64,000 nt of DNA from Octopus vulgaris. Lineage: Eukaryota. A model generated the notes under the pieces. The model did not search any database, was not told the DNA's origin, and saw nothing but the letters and a program-made list of their open reading frames with translations. Made by a program: the position numbers and the translations under genes. The stretch is taken from contig OX597815.1 in the NCBI GenBank assembly GCA_951406725.2, forward strand, positions 22,072,001-22,136,000, read 5' to 3'. Position 1 is the first letter of the stretch; each line of letters begins with the position of its first letter. Shown piece after piece: positions 27,513 to 64,000 of the stretch.

Positions 27513-27849
27513 CTTAGGCGCATGGCTCAGTGGTTAGAGCATCGAGCTTACGATCGTGAGGTGGTGAGTTCGATATCCGAACCGGGCTGGGTGTTGTGTT
27601 CTTGAGCAAAACACCTTATTTCACGTTGCTCCAGTTAACTCAGTTGTAGAAATGAGTAGCGACATCACTGGTGCCAAGCTGTATCAGCCTTTGCCTTTCC
27701 CTTGGATTATATCAGTGATGTGGAGAGGGGATGGTGGTATGCATGGGCGACTATAAAAGAAAAACAACTTTGCCCGGACTTGTGCCTCGGAGGGTAACTC
27801 TCTATGTGCAATCCCATGGTCATTCATGACCGAAGGGGGCATCCTCTTC
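27513..27849 (+). mobile_element. SINE family D (tRNA-derived)
   Basis: GGCGCATGGCTCAGTGGTTAGAGC A-box, GAGTTCGA B-box; TSD TGTTAGTCGTC. Confidence 0.85.
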
Positions 27850-28874
27850 TGTTAGTCGTCTATCCCCTTGCATGTCAGAAGTGACTGCTTTAATGTGTTA
27901 ATAAATATTTTATAAACATTTCGATATGTTATGCTTAATTACCATCTTCGCGCACTGATTAGTTTAAGACATATTTTCAAACACACAAACACACACACAC
28001 ACACACACACACGCATTTTATTTGTGAGTTAATAAGGCTACCATTGGTTTCATGTTAAGATAAGATTTTTCAGCAATTACTAAGCCTGCCACAGGAGACG
28101 TTGATACACGTCTCCATTTTGGGGAAAATATACGAAGCTACAGGGGACTGTACGGGATTTGGGGCTAAACAAATAAATATACAGATCCTGGGAGACAATT
28201 CCATTAAGGAAGAAACTTTCTCCCCCTGCACGAACAAGCAATATTTCATACTTCGAAATTTCAAGAATGACCCCATCCCACCTACACTGCCAACCCTTCA
28301 GCCTGAATAAGTTTTTCTCTGGATATCAACTATTTATTCGTAGAGGGGCATGCATAAATGACACATGCCTCCATAAACTTGAGCTGAAATTCCTCATTAC
28401 ACAGATAAATGTGCATTACACATATTCATGACATCACATGATTCAGAGAATATATATATATATACACAAAATTATGAATCCTCAACGCCGTGAATTTACA
28501 ACTCCGTGGACCAAGTTTGACGTCAAAACATACGAGATTCCACAATGATGTGTACACATTCAAACACGAACGAAATTAATAGTGTAGGTGTGTGTGGTTG
28601 TATGTGTGTGTACAGATTTGTATGTTTTGTTTTATGTATGTATTCTCATGCATATAGTTGCATGTCTAGACATGCTCATATATACTTAAATGATAAACTT
28701 CGAGAAAGTTTTACACATGTTTACAGTTCTAGTGATGGACTGGATCTGTAGTCTTCGTACCAGCTATTTCCCTTCTGATTTTGAGAAGCTCAATTTCTCA
28801 AGATTGGTATTTAGGCAGTATGTATGTATGTATGTATGTATGTATGTATGTATGTATGACTGAATGTATGAATG

Positions 28875-28908
<34 letters not shown>

Positions 28909-28911
28909 TGT

Positions 28912-29690
28912 TCTAACAAAGGCTAGGAGTCCTTCACTCCCAATGGTAACTCAGGTAACTGGGATAATTCCGACGTAAAACCTGCGACTCAGTGGTTACC
29001 GATGATGTTGATTTCTTCTTTTCGGATTATGGCTGCTGTTGCTTAATAAGTGGGATTGACTCAGTGCACAGCCTTTCCTTGTACAGGAAATTGCACGATA
29101 ACAACATTGTTCATGATTGTTGATGGTGCTGTGAGTCTCAACTGAATGGCTGGCTGTAGCTTTAAAAAGCAAATAAAAGTCACATTCAATCACAGCACCA
29201 ATAACAGTTAAGCTTCGTGCAATGGCCATACTCGATAACGAGGGGGCAGCCATCATCATGTATGTATGTATGTATGTATGTATGTATGTATGTATGTATG
29301 TATGTATGTTCTAACAAAGGCTAGGAGTCCTTCACTCCCAATGGTAACTCAGGTAACTGGGATAACTCCGACATAAATTCTGCGGCTCAGTGGTTACCGA
29401 TGATGTTGACTTGTTCTTCTTTTCGGGGTATGGCTGCTGTTGCTTAGTGAGTGGGATTGACTCAATGCACAGCCTTTCCTCACTTCAAAAAAAATCTTCT
29501 TGTACAGGCATTGCACGATAACAACATTGTTCATGAATATTGATGGTGCTGTGATTCTCAACTGAATGGCTGGCTGTAGCCTTAAAAAGCAAATAAAAGT
29601 CACATTCGATCACAGCACCAATAACAGTTAAGCTTCGTGCAATGACCATACTCGATAACGAGGGGGCAGCCATCATCATGTATGTATGTG
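28912..29690 (+). repeat. Tandem duplicate of a 5'-inverted family E element
   Basis: Two units of about 370 bp separated by (ATGT)n. Confidence 0.8.
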
Positions 29691-30088
29691 TGTATCACAT
29701 AAAAAGCCAACTCCAATGCTAGATGAGACAACATCTGCAAATCAATATCTGGTCTTTAAAGGTATATAAAGGTATATAAGGACGACATCCCACAAGTTGA
29801 CCGAATAAATCCAATAGAGGTCATATCTTTTCTGTGTCACGTTTGCTGCAAACCGTGCAAAATCTAATGCTGGACTTAAAAGCTACCTAAGCGGTCATGG
29901 ACGGACGTTTGGATCTGATGATGGTTGATGGCGGTACATTGAGAGATGGCAATCGTCTGCAAAGATGAAGCAATCACCATGTATGTATGTATGTATTTGT
30001 GCGTGTGTATGTGTATGTGTGAGCGTATGTGTATATGCATGTATGTATTATGTATAGATAAGTAGGAATGTACGTTTGGAAAATGTTA

Positions 30089-30487
30089 TCTTTATATATA
30101 AAAGTCAAGTTGTGTGTCTGTCTCCTATGATTTAGATTCCTAACTACTCCCACATTTTGCGGTGCAGTGTAACCAAAAGCGGGTATCTTATAATGGTGAT
30201 TCATATCGAGCCCTTCTGGGTATTAGCACGCGTCTACGATGAGTCTACGATTTTAAAAATAATTTACCATAATTTTTTTCCATTTTAATGCATTTTTTCG
30301 CTATTATATAAGGGAAGCAACTCTCTAAAAATGTCTACGATGAGTCAACGATTTAAAAAAAAATTACCATCATTTTTTTCCTCATTTTTAATGCATTTTT
30401 TTTGCTATTTTTTGGCTATAATTCTCTAAAAAGGCTTATATAGTTATTTCCCTTACAAGCCCGAGCAACGCCGGGCGATACTGCTAG
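30089..30487 (+). mobile_element. Non-autonomous Helitron-like element
   Basis: A|TCTTTATATATAAAAG...CCCGAGCAACGCCGGGCGATACTGCTAG|T; no TSD. Confidence 0.8.
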
Positions 30488-30799
30488 TAATGAATATAGT
30501 ATTTTATTTATTTATTCGAACCTAATGTTGCATTCACAAGTATATTTCCACGCTATCAGTGGTAGTAGTTGCTCGCTGAACTAAGCTTAATTTATGATCT
30601 GAAGACTGGGCGTACAAAGATAAACATTTGTTTATAACATGTATTAGAAACAATTGATTTATTGATCCCGAATCATGAGCGTAGCCCAGTATTTTTTGCC
30701 TCCACGAGCAGATTAATGGATGTGGGTGTACTATGCCTTTTCTCAAGACATTAGCAGAGGAATTGACGTGAAGCATCAATATCCAAACCCGGTATTCAT

Positions 30800-31089
30800 A
30801 AACAATTGAAGCGTGAAGGTGTTTGTAAGCCATTTAAGAAACACACAAAAGCCGTTCGATTCACTTCAACATTTAAGTTTAATTTGTCAAAATATTTTCG
30901 TCGCTAAAATCCGCGACCTGTTCACTGACAAAAATCCGTGCTGCATCTCTGATTTTTGTCAGTGAACAGGTCGCGGTCTTATAGCGACGAAAATATTTTG
31001 ACAAATTAAACTTAAATGTTGAAGTGAATCGAACGGCTTTTGTGTGTTTCTTAAATGGCTTACAAACACCTTCCACGCTGCAATTGTTT
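30800..31089. repeat. Long near-perfect inverted repeat (arms about 137 bp, 14-nt loop) carrying HHR-variant motifs
   Basis: 30800-30936 is the reverse complement of 30951-31089; flanked by a 14-bp direct repeat CCGGTATTCATAAA at 30789 and 31141. Confidence 0.92.
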
Positions 31090-31298
31090 TCGTTCCAGCA
31101 CACGATCTCAGATCAAATCACTTGCTATGCAAGTACATCTCCGGTATTCATAAAGTCTTGGGTCAAATCTACAATATGCTTTAAAATTGTAGATTCAACA
31201 GGATCGTTTTAAAGAAAAGATTAAAATGGACAGGAAGAGAAACTTTTGAATAAAGTATGTGATAATCACCTATAATGTGTGTTTCTTATTTGTTTTAG

Positions 31299-63130
<31,832 letters not shown>

Positions 63131-63401
63131 GTAAGTAAATTTTTAATAAAATTTTTATATATTGTTTAATTTTTTTTTTTAACAAATATATTTTAATACA
63201 AGTCGTGGATCCTGCCTGTTTTAAACAATTGAACATTTGCCTGCAGCTTAACTTATAAAACTCGCTATAATTAAAGTTCTAATATTACCATATAATTTGT
63301 TTTAAAAACTGTAGGTTTCCGAATTGTTAGTGTTAGAGAGTATTTGTTTGTTGCTGAAGCTTACCACAGGGACATATCTACAATAAAAACTAATTTTAAT
63401 G

Positions 63402-63822
63402 AAGGCGGCGAGCTGGCAGGAACGTTAGCGCGCCGCGGGAAATGCTTACCGGTATTTCGTCTGCGTTACGTTGTGAGTTCAAATTCCGCCGAGGTCGACT
63501 TTGCCTTTCATCCTTTCGGGGTCAATAAATTAAGTACCAGTTACGCACTGGGGTCGATGTAATCGACTTAATACCTATGTCTGTCCTTTTTTGTCCCCTC
63601 TGTGTTTAGCCCCTTGTGGGTAATAAAGAAATAGGTATTTCATCTGTCGTTACGTTCTCAGTTCAAATTCCGCCAAGGTCGACTTTGCCTTTCATCCTTT
63701 CGGGGGTCGATAAATAAAGTACTAGTTTCGCACTGGGGTCGATGTAATCGACTTAATCCATTTTGTCTGTTCTTGTTTGTCCCCTCTATGTTTAGCCCCT
63801 TGTGGGTAGTAAAGAAATAAAT
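63402..63822 (+). mobile_element. SINE family A dimer (head + 2 body units)
   Basis: Junction AAAGAAATAG|GTATTTC.TCTG, as in the 5.4-6.9 kb array. Confidence 0.88.
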
Positions 63823-64000
63823 AAAAAACTATTTTTAATGTCTTTATCAAACCTGCTGTCAACAGGCAATGTGCAAAGGTAAGTTCAATGCTGCGGACAG
63901 GAAACTATAAAATTGACAGGATCTTCATTAGCTTGCAGTGTTGAGTTCAAATCTCCCTCTAAGCGTAATCAGATTATTGTTAGCAACGACGGAGTAAGTG

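Noticed and set aside
27516-27590. tRNA-like sequences at SINE heads
   Set aside because: They continue into SINE bodies with TSDs and lack a complete acceptor stem; not tRNA genes.
28074-28310. Open frame after a tttcag acceptor (QLLSLPQETLIHVSILGK...) as a possible upstream Ret exon
   Set aside because: Ends in TAA with no good phase-1 GT donor and has no cadherin motif.

Overview
AT-rich, microsatellite-dense animal genomic DNA. The SINE families and simple-repeat load suggest a coleoid cephalopod (Octopus-like); this is inference. The main feature is a + strand Ret receptor tyrosine kinase gene. Twelve coding exons at 31299-63130 (1995 nt, about 665 codons) splice with GT-AG boundaries and consistent phases. 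They encode late cadherin-like domains, the Cys-rich domain, the TM helix and most of the kinase. The 5' exons were not found and the 3' end lies beyond the window. The remainder is repeat-derived: a full-length decayed mariner, a deleted Tc1, non-autonomous Helitrons, four tRNA-derived SINE families (one as an 8 x 184 bp tandem array), R4/Dong-, Hero-, RTE- and CR1-like LINE relics, and several Penelope-like element (PLE) remnants. The most unusual signal is about 10 hammerhead-ribozyme (HHR) motifs, most inside Ret introns. They include canonical cores on the pre-mRNA strand, inverted HHR pairs forming long hairpins, a variant with a compensatory G3-C8 core swap, and an A6-variant family. 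One PLE GIY-YIG relic also has TGA at a conserved CxxC cysteine. Almost all ORFs in the supplied track are microsatellite or SINE artefacts.
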